Source: Lama glama (Eukaryota). From it: 64,000 nucleotides of DNA. A program made the translations under genes and the position numbers. The notes below the pieces were generated by a model that worked only from the letters and a program-made list of their open reading frames with translations, did no database searches and was not told the DNA's origin. The stretch spans positions 59,584,001-59,648,000 of the forward strand of contig CM052816.1 of the NCBI GenBank assembly GCA_028534125.1. The letters run 5' to 3'. This document shows, piece after piece, positions 38,376 to 52,185 of the stretch (position 1 is the stretch's first letter; every line of letters begins with the position of its first letter).

Positions 38376-39092
38376 AGTACACTGAGATTTTGTGGCCCAT
38401 TTTTCTCACCTTTCAGTTAAGGAGTGGATTTGAGAATAAACGGGACGATGGAGACGAGTACACCCCTTTTGGAGCTCTGTTTCAGGCTAAAACAGAGAGC
38501 ATCTTCCATCTGCTTCCTGATGCCTAATTGATGAAGTACACTTGACTTCACTGTGCCCAGGCTGGGAGGCAGGATGCCAGCACACTCTCGACCTCGGGCC
38601 TTAATGCAGAGACCTCCTCAGGCCGCACTGCACATTGTTAAATCTGTCCAGAGTAGTTTCATTTAGATAAAATAAATAACTTATCCTAAAAACTCTAATT
38701 GAAAACACTCCATGTTGTTCTTACCTTGCCTTTTTCAGAGCTTCTCAAAATGCAGACCGTTTTCTGGTCTAAGAATCTATTATACTGAGTACTTTTCAAA
38801 TGATTTAAATCCCAGCAGCATGTGTCTATAGAGCTTGGCAAGTAGAAGACGCTCAATGAATGTTTATGAATGAAAGCATGGCCCAGATTTCTTGCCTAAT
38901 GTGTTACTGATCTCACATCTTGTACAGCACAGAGACTGAACAACTTCTACTGTAGTTCTATTGATTTATAAATTGAGTTGCACTTAAATCTCAAAAGAAC
39001 TAATTCTGTTTCTCACATTAAACTGTCCGTGCTCTGGGATCCACACAATCATCACACTTTAATCCAAGAAGGTTCCCTTAGATAGTGTCTAG

Positions 39093-39282
39093 ACCAGGGT
39101 CCTCAAAATTGTGTCCTTGGGAACCCTACGAACCCATGAACAGCTAAGAGACTTCTGAGGGGACATAGAGGGCTCCTCACCTCCTTCCACCTCAAGCTTG
39201 AATTCAGCTCAAGCCTACACTGGGGTTCACAGGGATGAGAGGGAAAAGTGGTTCTTGGCTTTGCAGAGTTCGAAAATCACTG
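39093..39282. mobile_element. hAT-Charlie MITE (MER103-like)
   Basis: Ends 'cagggtcctcaaaattgtg' and 'gttcgaaaatcactg'. Confidence 0.5.
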
Positions 39283-40129
39283 TTCCTGACCAACAGCTTT
39301 ATTTTATAAAGAAGAATATGAATTTCAGAAGTATTCCGTGATAAGTTCAAGCTCACACTGCCAGAACAAAACCAAGGCTAGAACTCCTGTTCCGAGCCAA
39401 ACCCCTACAGAAGCCCTTCCCCAGGCAACTATGTTGTTCCCTTGTAAAAAGTTACACCACTTTTCTTCCTTTGTGGTCACATTGACCCAAATGCATTTTG
39501 ACTATGTTTGCACATGATTAAAGTGACCTTATATTTCCATCCTGAAAGTATTTCTTCTCTTTCCCAAAATTGATTAGTATTCTCGGGGATGGGGCTGAAA
39601 CCTCTCTTTGTACACTATCTTCTACTTTCAGTGGGGTTTCAGAAAGTGTTCAGGAAGCTATTTATGGACAAACTGACTGATAGCAAATGGAACCCAAGAT
39701 ACATGGAGGCTTGGGAAAACTTTAGGGTTTAGCCATGGACGACAAAGGTAAGGTTTCTAATCTATCAGACAACATTTTCTGCTGGGTAACTTGGATATAT
39801 GGTCTTGATAAACAGCTGCATGGGTCCACTGGTCTCTTAATAATTTAGAAGAATTTCTAGCTTTGAGAGTGTTTGGGAAATAGGTCACTAGTGTGCTTTG
39901 TACACTTTAGAAAAAAATGAGGATAAGTGCTTATAAGTTCTCACCCACAGTGGAGAAAATAGATACATGAGAACTGAGTTGGTGAATTAATATAGCAATT
40001 AATACTAATGGTGTCTGAGCTAGGATCAGGCTGACCTCACTGAGTTTTAAACGGCCACTTAGATTGTTGTTGTTTTCTAGTTTTTCAAACTTTCACAAAG
40101 GAAGGGAGAGTGGAGTGGAGTGTTTTCCT

Positions 40130-40345
40130 GAGTGTGCTTTAGAATCAGTCTAATTTTGAGTCTCAGCTTTGTCAATTACTAGTTGTGTAACCTTGGACAA
40201 GGTACTTAACCTGGCCGAGCCTCAGTTTCCTCATCTGTTAACGGGAGATAATATTTCCTCGATAGAGTTTACAGGAAGAAGTGAGGCAGCGCGTATGCAG
40301 TGTTTTGCACAGCGCCTTACTCTGTTAAGTGCTCACCAGCCGTTG
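40130..40345 (+). mobile_element. MIR SINE
   Basis: 'ttactagttgtgtaaccttggacaaggtacttaacct..gagcctcagtttcctcatctgt'. Confidence 0.9.
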
Positions 40346-40547
40346 TGAATAATACTGCAGCATAAACTGGGAAGTCACAGGATGAAGGCCGACATTTCAG
40401 ATTGCCGCTGTACCTACTGTTATTGTTTCTAAGTTTATTTGAGATAGTAAAATGGTGATGGCTTGCCTTACTTGTGTCAATTAACTTTTCAGTACAACTG
40501 CTGTGCACTTTATATACTTAGCAACATTCATGCTGTTTAGATTATAG

Positions 40548-41017
40548 TGTGTAATGTAGCTGCAAGAATACACCTCTCGGATCTCCCACAGCAGGAGTGC
40601 CATGGACTGAAGTCCTGAGCTGCTGGGCTCTGAAATCCATCCAAGAGTTAGTGCTGAGGTCACACATCTGATAGGTTTCTCTCAGCCAAGGACTGAGCAC
40701 ATCAGGGAGACTAAGGCAGGCTCACTCCTAGGTGATGAATGGCTCATCTGATGGGGAACTCTGGCTGGAGGATCCCTCATTGGCCTTGCTGAACCTCCTT
40801 AGACTGGCCCTGGAGCCTAAAACCCTCCCACCCAACCTGCCTTCCTTCTTGCTCTCCTTCAGAAGGGTCAGACCTACCTGCTGTTATGATCTGATGGTTC
40901 TCCAAATCTTCCCTGGTTCTCTTCTCATTTTTTTCTCCTAAGTGTTTGCCTTAAGAAAATATTTGCATGTCTAATTCTATCCTGATACCTGCTTCTCAGA
41001 GGACCCAGGCTAACACA
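40548..41017 (+). mobile_element. ERVL solo LTR (LTR40-like)
   Basis: TG...CA termini; 3' end 'ctgcttctcagaggacccaggctaacaca'. Confidence 0.75.
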
Positions 41018-41834
41018 TCTTGACTTCATAGAGAGCAAGGCTGAAGAAAGGAACTTTGGTTTTCCAATACCAAGTGCATCTTGGATAGCTCACTGAGTAT
41101 AATGGTGATGATCAAAGAATTCCAGAGCCATAGGGCCCTCACAGAGATGGCATGGTTTATTCAGCCTGGTTGCCTTTGGATAATAAACACTTAAGCAATT
41201 GGGAACTGACAGTGGTTCCTTCCTTGAAAGTCTTCTACCTTGACCACATATATCAGATTTGTCTCATGTTCTTGGAGAGATGAAACTTCTCCTGAGGCTG
41301 ACAGCAAAAACTATCAGCTGCTGAACACAGAGCTGAAGTTAGAAAATGGTTCCGATAAAGGCATGCTCTTTGCTAACTGACTGGCCAGGGTAAACAGTAT
41401 TTTACCTTAAGAATTATCTTGAGGAAACCTTCAAGTCTTCGTTCATGGGAAAGTAGGAGACAGGGGAAAGAAATTAAGTTGCATTTTTTAAATATCTGAA
41501 AGTATGGGCATATTATACATATGAGCTTTATTTAAAGAAGCCTATGAAGAAGTTATTATTTCCTTTCTCTAAGCAAGGAAATTGAGATTTTGTAACTTGT
41601 TCTCAGTCACAAAGCCAAAAAAAAAGGCGTTCTCTGAGCACACGTCTGTCTGATTCTGATTCAATAGCCCAGGTTGGTGCGTCTGTGTTTATGGCGCTGG
41701 CTATGGGTTATTTTCAATTATGGACCCAAGAAACTGAACTGGAGACCAATAACCTGCGCGCTGATTTTCTTTCCCAACCAGAGAATGTGCCTGCTCATGG
41801 CATGGTCAGCTGAGCACTACAGTGGTCATAGGTA

Positions 41835-42332
41835 TGTAATAGGGAAGAATAAGTCTGACTCCATATTAGATCTGTTCCTTTAGCTCTAACCCTGTGCTCT
41901 GTTTCCTATACTTAGTCATACTGGTTCTGCACCTTTCGTAAAAGAATGTTTGCCTGTAGCCTGAAATATACAGGACAGCCCATTCTCAAGGCTCTGACCT
42001 CTAAAGGTATAGCACTTTTCCATTTATATAGGGATAAAATGCTGGAGAACAGAGTAACATTTGTCTTGTTGGAGGTTTACAGGAACTCATGACCTGACCT
42101 AGGTGGACAGCTGTAAGAACAAAGGATTTTGACACCAAGAAGTCTGCAACAACCAACCACAACCCTCCCCCTTTTTAGTATAAAAGGAGCCTGAATTCTG
42201 ATGTAGGGAAGATGGTTCTCTAGGACATTAGTCTGCTGTCTTTCCGGATAAAGTCGTTATTTCCTTGCTCCAACATTTCCCAATTTACTGGCCTGTCATG
42301 CAAGGAGCAGAACGAGTTTGGACTTGGTAACA
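41835..42332 (+). mobile_element. MER41-like ERV1 solo LTR
   Basis: TGTAA...TAACA termini, perfect 4-bp TSD GGTA (41831-41834 and 42333-42336), TATA-like 'tataaaag' near 42179, 3' end 'gagcagaacgagtttggacttggtaaca' like MER41. Confidence 0.85.
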
Positions 42333-43699
42333 GGTACAGGGGTTGAATGCCTGGAAGACATGGTCTGAAGGCATGCAGGGCTCCCTGAGGGGAAACTGTT
42401 TTGTTTGCTCTTCACTTTCCTCACTTCCGTGGGGATTTATAACTAGAAAGTTATCTTGAAAATGTTACTCTGTTGACAGTCAGATGTCACATATGACCAC
42501 GCCTGGATAAACAGAGCTACAATGTTTCAGACAACTAGGTCAACTCACATTTTTTTTTCACTTACTTTAATATTTGATAGGACAGTGTTTGGGCAGGTTG
42601 TGGCAGATATCAAGTTATTATAGGAAAGAATATGGTATTATAGGAAGAACATCAGATAGAGGTCTTGCCTTGCCTTGTCTCTAATATTAATCAGCTGGGA
42701 AACTCTGGATAAGTCAATTTACTTGGCCTCAGCCCCTTTATCAGTAAAACCAGAGGGTTGGATTCAATGGCTCTCTAAAGTCCTAACTCCAATATTCTGT
42801 AACTTGATGATCCTGGTACAGATTGGCTGAGGACTGTTGTGTCAGTCCCCAGAAAGCTGCCAACTTTGCCTGAGCAGGGATTATTTTGGCTGAGCCCGCT
42901 CCATGACATCTGTCCTGTTCTATGCTAGTCTTAAGTGCTTCTCACCAGCATAGCCCACAGTCATGTGTCTGAATCTGGGTGTGCTCCAAGCAGAGCTGGA
43001 ACCACCAAGACCTGTTTAAACCTATCTAGTCTTACAATCTGAGGTGATGAAAGATTACAGAAGCTACATACTAAACCATAGAAGCCTATTAGAATGTTTG
43101 TCAGGTTCCTTCTGGGCACCCCCCTAATAAGGTATTTTGAACAATGACAATAGCAATAATACTGTAAATCCTAAATTCTCACTCTATTTAGAGTAACTTT
43201 CATAGAGTGCCCTTAATAAGAAGCCAGGGATGGCAAGTGGTGTGTATGCATGTGCGTACCTTCTTGGTGCCTGAAGCTAAGTTACTCAGTATCTCCAAAA
43301 GTTGCATGTCTCATCATAGTTTCTGGTAGTGCTCTGAGGCCAAAGACACAGAAGTTGGAAGATACCACAGTGAAATGCTTGTCCCCATTATCCTCCCCTC
43401 CTCCTGCCATTTGTCTTAGTGACATTTAACAGACAGATGTGATGGTTCTAAAATCCATTTTGGTTTCTTCTCATCAACTAACTTACATTTACAAGCCCTA
43501 ATCCGGGATATTCCCTAGACACTCAACTAAATCAAATATAGAGAAATCTTAAATAAGTCCCAACATTCTATGTAGCTATTTACTAAAAATAGAATTTATA
43601 TTTGGATGTCTATCTGATCAAAATAATTTAAAATGCAGGTCCATTTTAAGTTAGTTCCTAGAATGGTTCCTCACCTACCCCATCTCTGAAAACGATCCT

Positions 43700-45812
43700 A
43701 AATCAGAAACATGACAAAAATGTCCATTTAAATGTTTGTTTTGGTTTTTTCCCCAAAATATCTTCTCTACTTTGATTCAATTTTTCATTGGTGTCTTAAA
43801 CAGTACAAAAAAGGAAATAAAAAATACCTGACTGGAAAGGAAAAAGTAAAACTGTCTTTATTCTTAGAAAACATGATTGTCTACGCAGAAAATCTGATGG
43901 GATGTACCAAAAAAATCATAGAACCAATAAGTAAGTTTAGCAAGGTTGAGTAAACAAGATCAATATACAGAACATATATTTCTCTATATTAGCAATGAAC
44001 AATCAGAAATAGAAGTTTTTAAAAACACCACTTACAATAGCATCCAAAATATTAAACATTTAGGGACAAATCTAGTAAAAGATATGAAAGATCTGTACAC
44101 TAAACAGTACAAAACACACCCAAGAGAAATTAAATGAGAACTAGTTAAATAGAGAGACATTCTGTGCTCCTGAGTTGAAAGACCCAATACTGTCGATGTG
44201 TCAATTTTCCCTAACTTGATCTATGGATTCAATGTAAGTCCAAGAAAAAAATCTGAGCAGGCATTTTTTTAAGGGAGGGTAGGCTAAAAACTGACAAGCT
44301 AATTCTAAAATACATATGAAGTTCAGAAGAGCTAAGATTGCCAAAACAGCTTTGATAAAGAACAAAACTGGAGGGCCAGCACTACCTGATTTCAAGACTT
44401 ATTATAATAAGCAAAATAGTGTGTGAATATTAGAGTAACGACAAATAGATAAATAGAGCCCAGTAATAAACCCACGCACATGTGAAAAACTGATGTTCTA
44501 CAAAGGTACAAATACAATTCAGTAGAGAAAGAATAGTCTTTTCAACAAAAATGCTGAAACAACTGGATATCCATGTGTTTTATATGTAGTATCTATTTCA
44601 CACCTTACACAAAACTCAAATAGATCATGGATCTAAATTTAATACCTCTACAAAACTTCTAGAAGAATACACTAGGAGAAAACCTTTGTGACCTTAGTTT
44701 AAGTAAATGACTCTTAAACACAACATCAACACCGTGATTCATAAAAGGACAAATTTTAAATTGGACTTCATCAAAATTAAAAATTTCTGTTCTTCAAAAT
44801 ACACTATTAAGAGAATGAAAAGACAAGCCACAGTTTGGGAAGAAGTATTTGCAAATACTTATAAAAGACTTAGACTTACCCAGAATATTAAAATAAAACT
44901 TTAAAACTCAAAAATGGGAAAACAAATAATCCAATTAAACAAAGGACAAAGATTTAAAAATACGTCTTATTAAAGAAGATATACAGAAGATAAGCATGTG
45001 AAACAATGCTCAGCATCAGTAGTAATTAGGGAAATGCAAATTAAAACCACAATGAAATACTACTACATAACTACTGGAATGGCACAAATTCAAACGACTG
45101 ACCATGTCACAAGTTGGTGAGAATGTGGAAGAACTGGAACTCTATTATAGTGCTAGTGAGAATGTTAAATAGTACAACCAAGCTGTAATACAGTTTAACA
45201 GTTTCCTAAAAAGTTAAACACATATCTACCATATGATCCAGTCATTTCACTCCTACGTAATTACCCAAGAGACACAAAAGCATATGTTCATATAAAGACC
45301 TGTACATGAATATTTATAGCAATATTATTTGTAATAACTCCAAACAAGAAATAATCTAAATGTCAATTAACAAGTGAATAGTTAAAAAAAAACATGGTAT
45401 ATCCATATAATGAATACTCCTCAGCAAAAAGGAATCAACTACTGATATATGTTATAAAATAGATAAATGTCAAAATAATTCTGTGTGACACTGAAATGAT
45501 TACATACTGAAGGAGTCAACTTACATAAAATTCCAGAAAATGCAAACTAATCCATCGTGACAGAAAGCACAAAGGTGGTTACTTGGGAGTGGAAGCAAGA
45601 GGTGAGAAAGAGTGAAAGGGGAAAATTACAAAGGAATTTATGACTATTACCTCCAAACATTTCCTAGTCAAGTGAAATCCCTAGAGGTAATAGGTATTTT
45701 CATTATCTTCATCGTGGTGATGATTTCCTGGGTGTGTGTATGTATATATAAAAATTTCAAACTGTATATTTTAAATGTGTGCAGTTTACGAGGTTAATTA
45801 TACCTCAATTAA
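43700..45812 (+). mobile_element. L1 (L1MC/MD-type), RT to 3'UTR
   Basis: Peptides KEKVKLSLFLENMIVYAEN (decayed LFADDMIVY) and KLDFIKIKNFCSSKYTIKRMKRQAT. Confidence 0.92.
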
Positions 45813-45849
45813 AAAAGCACTATGCATGCCAACAAAACTGCTTAAATAT

Positions 45850-47340
45850 CTGGAAAAAAATAATAAAATAGATAAACCTCTGGCAAACTGGTCATGAAAT
45901 AAAGAGAATCAAACAATATGCTAGAAACAAAAAATAACATGTATAATGACAGGAAACATTAGAAATTAAAATGGTAAATGAATAAAACTATTTTATAATA
46001 ATACACTTGAAACACGTAAGATACACAGCTTTGTAGAAAAAATCTGTATTATAAAATGTACTCAAAATTAGTAGAATATTTCACCAGATCAATAATTATT
46101 AAATACATGGAGTTATTAATAAAAAATTTTCATCTCCAAACCAAAGGGATCCAGGCCCAGATTTTTTTAGGATAGTTTTTACCAAAACTTTAAGAAATAA
46201 ATCATCATTATCTTCAATTACTCTTTTCAGAGGACAGAGAGTTAGAGAAAGCTCATTTTATAAAATAAAATATGATCTCAAAAAGTAGAACATGAAAAAA
46301 ATATATATAGACAACTCTCACTTATGGACAAAGGTCAAAATTCCACATGGTATAATAGTAAAATGAATTGTTTTAAGAAATATTTCATCATGACCAAGTA
46401 GGATATATCTTGGGAAAGAAATAATATTCCAATATTTAAAATTCTAATTCACCACATTAAAATATTAATAGAAAAAATATGAGCTCAACTGTTACTGAAA
46501 ATTTTTTAAATAAAATTCAGCATACATTTATGATAAAAAATAAGAAAAAGAAGAGAACATTTTTATACTAAATCATAATTCTATGGTTGATATACTTAAT
46601 GGCAAAACTTTAGAAGCACTTTCTTTTAAGAAGAAACAAGATAAGGGTGTTTGCTATCAAGTTTATTACTAGTATTGTACTGGAGATACTAGAAAATTCA
46701 ATAAAACAAGAAAAATAAATGAGGTATAAAAATTCCAAAAGAAAGAGTTGAAAACTGTCATTATTTGTAGACAATATGTGCACATAAAAATAAAAGTGAA
46801 CGAACAAATTATAATAAGAGAACTTGAAAAGTCTGTAGGATACAGTATCAACATATGAAAACAATAGCTTTTCGAACACGTAAAACAACTAGATAGAAAT
46901 GCAATAAAAAAGAGGAACCTAGTCATAATAGCAATAAAAAGTGTAAGGAATAGACATATAAAAAGGTTTTGTAAGATTGTTATAGAGGAAACTTTTTAAA
47001 ACTTTATTCAAGGATTAAAAAACTTGCACTATTAAAGAGATACACCATATTGAGGTTTGGAAATATTCAATATCATAGAGATGTCACCTCTTCTTAAATT
47101 CACTTGTAAATTTCATCTAATTTCAAGTAAAATCACAGAATAATTTTTCATGACATTAACAATTAAACTAATGTGAGTACAGCCTAGGCAATTTTGAAAA
47201 TGAAAAACAGAAGAGAGGGATTTGCCCTTCTGGTTACTAAGATTTATCATAAGGCAATAATAATTAAGTCAATGTTACATTGGCAGATATAGAAGAATAA
47301 ACCAATGGAATAGAATAAAAAAGTCAAGAAATATATATGG
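45850..47340 (+). mobile_element. Ancient L1 ORF2 fragment
   Basis: Decayed ORF2/RT motifs 'ccaggcccaga..ttttaccaaaactttaag', 'aaaactgtcattatttgtagacaatatg'. Confidence 0.8.
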
Positions 47341-47544
47341 AGCCAAAATCCATATATTCCCAGTCAAAGACCTAACTTCAATTATACCTTTGATTGGAGT
47401 GATTCCAAAAAAGTTAATTTCATTTAATAAAAAAATGCACTCTTCCTGCTTAAATGTAACTTATGTGTGAATGAAAATATTCAATAGCTAGCATCATCTT
47501 TATTAGAAGTACAAGTAGATTTAAGTACAAGTAGAGACTAACAT

Positions 47545-48000
47545 TTCAGGCAAGTGGGTGAAGGAGATGAAGACACTGACCAGGTCTCAAAGGATTGTGT
47601 GTCTATTTTAGAGACTTTGGAATCTATTTTGTAGGCAATGGGAGTCTTCAAAAGATTTTAAGCACGAAAGTGGTATAGTCATATTTGAGTTTTTGATAGC
47701 TGCCTTAGTTACAGGACAATTCAGAAGGGAATAGAAGGCAAGCAAAGAGACCAGGTTACTGCAGTCAAAGGGTGATGAAATGGATGATGAAGAGGAAGAA
47801 CTCTGGATATATTTCAAAGTTAAAACTAGCAGGATCTGATAATTGTTTAGATGTCAAGCTTTCTGGAGAAGGAAGAATCTAGGATGTCTTTCAGGTTTTA
47901 GCTTCAGTAACTATAGAGTGGGAATGGGAATATAGAGAGTGAACAAATGGAGAGAGATGTGATAGATTCCATCTGAGACACTCAGAGATACCATTAAAAT
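47545..48000 (-). mobile_element. L2 fragment
   Basis: 'tttggaatctattttgtaggcaatgggagtc..aagattttaagca'. Confidence 0.75.
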
Positions 48001-48514
48001 ATCTGTATGGCTGTGTACCTGTTCCTTAGGTGATTACTGAATGGGAGAATAGATCTTCTCTATTCAATAAAGCAAAACGCAGGGTTCTAAGAGTGAGAGA
48101 GTGGGTGGGGCACTTGAGGAGAGGAGTCACAGAGGTGAGTCAGAGAAGCTGGCCAAAGACAAGTAAAGGGACGAGCGAGGTTGCCGACCGTGCATTTGTT
48201 GTGAAGTCCATCAGCCCAACTGGCTGATTTACAGCAATGAGAGCTTTATAAGCATTTAATGACTAATTAAGTGAATATGAGAAGGAGAGAGGACAATAGG
48301 CCTTATCTGTGTTTGGAACACAGATAAGGGATTGTTCAAATAGTTCCCTCCAGCCAGGACAACTTCTAGTAGAAAGTAGGATTTTCCGAGAACTCTGAAG
48401 AAAAGCACATGGTGTAAAAGCTAAGAATAGGAAAAGTTTCTGGCGTTTACCTGTGTGAGAAATGCATGCACAAGGAAATTCAGGACAAAGAAGAAATGAA
48501 TGTGACCATCAGGG

Positions 48515-48780
48515 AGGCAGCACAACCCAATTAAGAGTAAGAACAGAGGCAGAAAGAATTTAAGTTCAAACCCCTATTCTACCACTCACTGGTAGAATAC
48601 CCTCACTGGTAGCTACACTCACTGGTAGGTACCTACTCTCATTACATCTCAACTGCTTCTTCTGTGAAATGACGAGATGATGACATCTCCTTTAGTGGGG
48701 TTGTTGTGAGGGTTACATAAGGACTACTTGTGCAACATTCTTAGCCCAGTAGCTGTCCTGTGATAAGGGGTCAGTAAAGG
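48515..48780 (+). mobile_element. MIR with an internal triplicated CTCACTGGTAG
   Basis: 'gttcaaacccctattctaccactcact..ctgtgaaatg..ttgttgtgagggtta'. Confidence 0.75.
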
Positions 48781-49204
48781 ACACACGGCAGATTTCTGGG
48801 CAGAGGGAAGGTTAGCAGGGAGGAGGGAAAGGCCTGTCTCAGCCAAAGTTGCTCAAGGCCTTGAAATGGAGGCTGAAATTGATAGCAGCATTTCCAAGAG
48901 AGTGGAGGCAATTTTGATGTACCTAACTTTCATTTATCTTTATTGGTATTTCACCATTCAAAAAAGTTTATCCTATTTTCCATAGAATTTCAAATTCCTC
49001 TAGGCTAGGACAGGGTTGTGTGATCTTGGTGGTTTCCAATATCTGAAGGAACCCAAATGTACTCTTGTTAGGAGAACTGAGGTAGGGGCAGAGGACAAAG
49101 AAGCCAGGGAAAACATGAGCATTCCAGACTCCCTGCAGGCAAGTGATGGTCTGAGGGAAGGCTCACAGTTACATACTGGTGGTTATGTGAGCTTAGTAAA
49201 GAAG

Positions 49205-49428
49205 CTGATTAGCAGATATAACCTACTATATATAAAATAGACAAATAGACAAACAACAAGGTCTTACTGTATAGCATAGGGAACTATATTCAGTACCTTA
49301 TAGTAACCTACAATGAAAAAGAATATGAAAAAGACTATGTACATATATACATATAACTGAATCACTATGCTGTACACCAGAAACTGACACAACGTTATAA
49401 ATCAATTATACTTCAATTAAAAAAAAGA
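49205..49428 (+). mobile_element. Short cetartiodactyl-type L1 3' end with poly(A)
   Basis: 'aacaacaaggtcttactgtatagcatagggaactatattc..tgctgtacaccagaaactgacacaac..cttcaattaaaaaaaa'. Confidence 0.92.
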
Positions 49429-49844
49429 AATTGAACAGTAGACTGAATTGAACTGAGTAAGTATGGCTTCTGAGAAACAGGAGACAATATAGGGGGAAAG
49501 ATCAGAATTCTGTTAATGCTTAGATTTAAACAGGAAGGGAAAAAGAGAGCATGTTAATCAGGTTTCTTTCTTAGAAATACGGGCAAAATGGTGGCACCAC
49601 CCACAACAAAAATGGAGTGCGGTGGAGCAATGTGCTTTAGAATAAATGTGACCAGCTTGAATTCCATTCTATCCACTCCCAGAAGCCCGAGGTCTTCACA
49701 TTATAATTAGAAAAACACTGACTGAATGTAGTAAGTACAGGTGCAGAGTTGCTCTTCAAGGAAGTTTATAGCTTCAGTGAAATCCAAGTAATGTAAATCT
49801 ACAGCCTGTCTCTTATCTGGCAAAAAAAAGTTCAATACTTGTAA

Positions 49845-50075
49845 TCATAATAGTTACCATTTTCTTAGACCTTTGTATATTCTAGGTTCTGGGCTAAGTA
49901 CTTCATAAACATCATCTGTAATCCTCAAACAGCCCTGAAAAGTGAGTACAGTGATGTCTGTTTTATAGAGAAGAGACATGAGATTAAGACATTTATTTAC
50001 CCTAGGTCACACAGTCAGAAGAGGAAGAGCAAGAAATTGAACCAAACCTCTCCGACACCAAAACTCGTGCACTCT
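49845..50075 (-). mobile_element. MIR SINE
   Basis: 'aatcctcaaacagccctg..ttttatagag..cctaggtcacacag'. Confidence 0.8.
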
Positions 50076-51215
50076 GTGGCAGGGGGCTGCCAGTGCCTGC
50101 AAGTTCACTATCTTTGACCTTTGGATCTAGACTCTGCACTGTAGATTCATGTAGCACTGGTATTTTAAGCCACTGATCAGCGATCTTCCTGGCTTCTGTG
50201 TAACTATTTTTTCCATCTATTTCCATCCATCTCTTGTTTGAATGGATAAACTTTGCCGATCTAGAAGTCTTCTTCTTGAACCTGAGCAAGAAGACATGAA
50301 TGAAACAAAACAAATGATGGTGCCATTTCTGGACCTATCTGTTCTGTATCCTGGCTTGTGCTGGTCTTTTCCAAAGGCAGAGAAAGGAGCTCCCAGCTGT
50401 TTCTGAAGTGAGAAGCAAAAGGGCCAACCTGACAAAAAGATCTCTCTTTGGCAGTTTTCTCCACTGGAACAAGGGATCAAATTTTGGCTACAACTTAACC
50501 CTTTTGATTCTGATGCTAACTCTCCATACTTCACAAGGCTTTTCTATGACTGGTAACTCAGTAGTCCATGGTCAACAATTTAAAAACTTAACTGGAAGTA
50601 GTGTGCAGGATACGAGGAAGGTTTTAAGTGATGTGAGCTGATATCTACTGGGTCTGTTGGGAGACAAGCAAGAGGAAGATCTTGGAGGAGGAGCCCGTGG
50701 AAAGGACAGGCTGCAGCAGACCTCCTCAGTACCCATGAGGGTGCTGCCATTGGGCCAATGGGAAGCATCGGACTTCCAGAGGGAAGAGGAAGCGCGGGTG
50801 TGGGGGCACCAAAAACCAGCTTCTCCTCAGGCCAGCTCCATGCTTTGCTCCTACAACCCCCAATTCCCACTCCAAGAAGAGCTGTTCCTCCTTAATGAAG
50901 CTAGTAAGTGTCAAGGAAGAAATGAAACCCAGGGAGCAGGAAAAGCCAGAAGGAGAAGAATCAAGAAGAAGAATTTGCAGTCCCTGTTAAACCTCCCTCC
51001 ATACCTTCTTAATAGTTCTTTGTACTTAGAGAATCACTTCAAACATGGACATTTTAATAGACAAACCCTGAAATATAAAACCTCGATGCCAAGGAGAAAG
51101 GGACATGCTTTTGCAGAGTGTGGCTTTTGCAGAGTGTGGATGAGGGAGGATTAAAGCCTCTGGGGCAAGACCGCAGACCCCTGAGGGCTTGCAAATAGAT
51201 GTGCAATTATCATAA

Positions 51216-51400
51216 TGAAACCAAGAAGGACCCTGTGGGGCCTTCTCGGTACAAAAGCCTCTTCAAGTACCCTGGTATCTTATTTGCAAGAAAAAGGCTT
51301 CAGCCTCCTAGATCTTCCCTGAGTTCCAAAGGGCAAATTCAAATAGCAATTAATTAGGGAAGGGAGGGAACTCAGAAACAAAGGAGAAGCGATAATAATA
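51216..51400 (+). mobile_element. Partial ERV1-type LTR (5' part)
   Basis: Starts 'tgaaaccaagaaggaccctgtggggcctt', like cetartiodactyl ERV1 LTRs; no clear 3' CA end. Confidence 0.55.
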
Positions 51401-52039
51401 AGGAGGTTATGGAAGACCATGAGGTCTGCTGAATTTGAGTGTACTCAGAATAATAAAAGAGAAGGCTATGAAAACCAGGACTGTAGACAATACGGACCTG
51501 CAGATCAGAATCTTTTCTGTCTTTCTGGAATTGTGTACACCAGCGAGATGGTCTACACAGGTACAGAAATAGGTAAACACAAGGCCCAGGCTGGACCCAC
51601 CATCACAGAATCCTGATCAGGAGAACCTAAGGACCATCACTGATGAAGAACATCCTTTTGCCTTCAAGTGAACTAGATCCGGAGCGCCCAAACTAAAGGA
51701 AAGAAAAGAGTTTACATTTTATAAAGATATCCAGGAAAAGTAAAAACCACTGAGAGCCTAAGGGACCCATTTCAGTGGAAGACAATTAACATCATTAAGA
51801 AAGCCTGTTGTATTCTTATCTCAAATCCTACCCAGTATAGATTTAACCCACATAGATTTAGGCAATAGTAATTCAAGAAGAGCAATTATAACCGTGTCTT
51901 TGAGATAATCTTATTATTACAAGAAGGAAAAAGATAGCATGACTGTTTCATACAGTCATATTTTCACCTGGTACCCTGCTTATATTTCTAGTTAAGTGAA
52001 GGCTTTAAGCAAGAGAAAGGTCTCCGAATCTCATTAGAT

Positions 52040-52185
52040 TGATTTTGTTTATTTTCTGTCTTGCTCCACTAACCCTAAGAGGGAAGGGATTTTTTTTTTC
52101 CTGTTTTGTTTACTGCTATTCCCAGAGTCTAGAAGTAGTGCTTGACACTTAATAGACATTCAGTAAATGTTGAAACAATTAATTA
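52040..52185 (+). mobile_element. L2 3' end
   Basis: 'gtctagaagtagtgcttgacacttaatagacattcagtaaatgttg'. Confidence 0.75.

Noticed and set aside
37824..38420. 198-aa and 189-aa ORFs
   Set aside because: Artefacts of translating through the N gap
48596..48647. CRISPR-like repeat-spacer pattern
   Set aside because: Only 11-bp repeats with about 5-6-bp spacers inside a MIR in a mammalian genome; no cas genes
50657..51154. 165-aa ORF
   Set aside because: TTG start, purine-rich sequence, no domain recognised
51400..51700. Possible endogenous viral or pseudogene fragment after the partial LTR
   Set aside because: The listed ORF shows no recognisable viral or cellular motif; a BLASTX would be needed to exclude it fully
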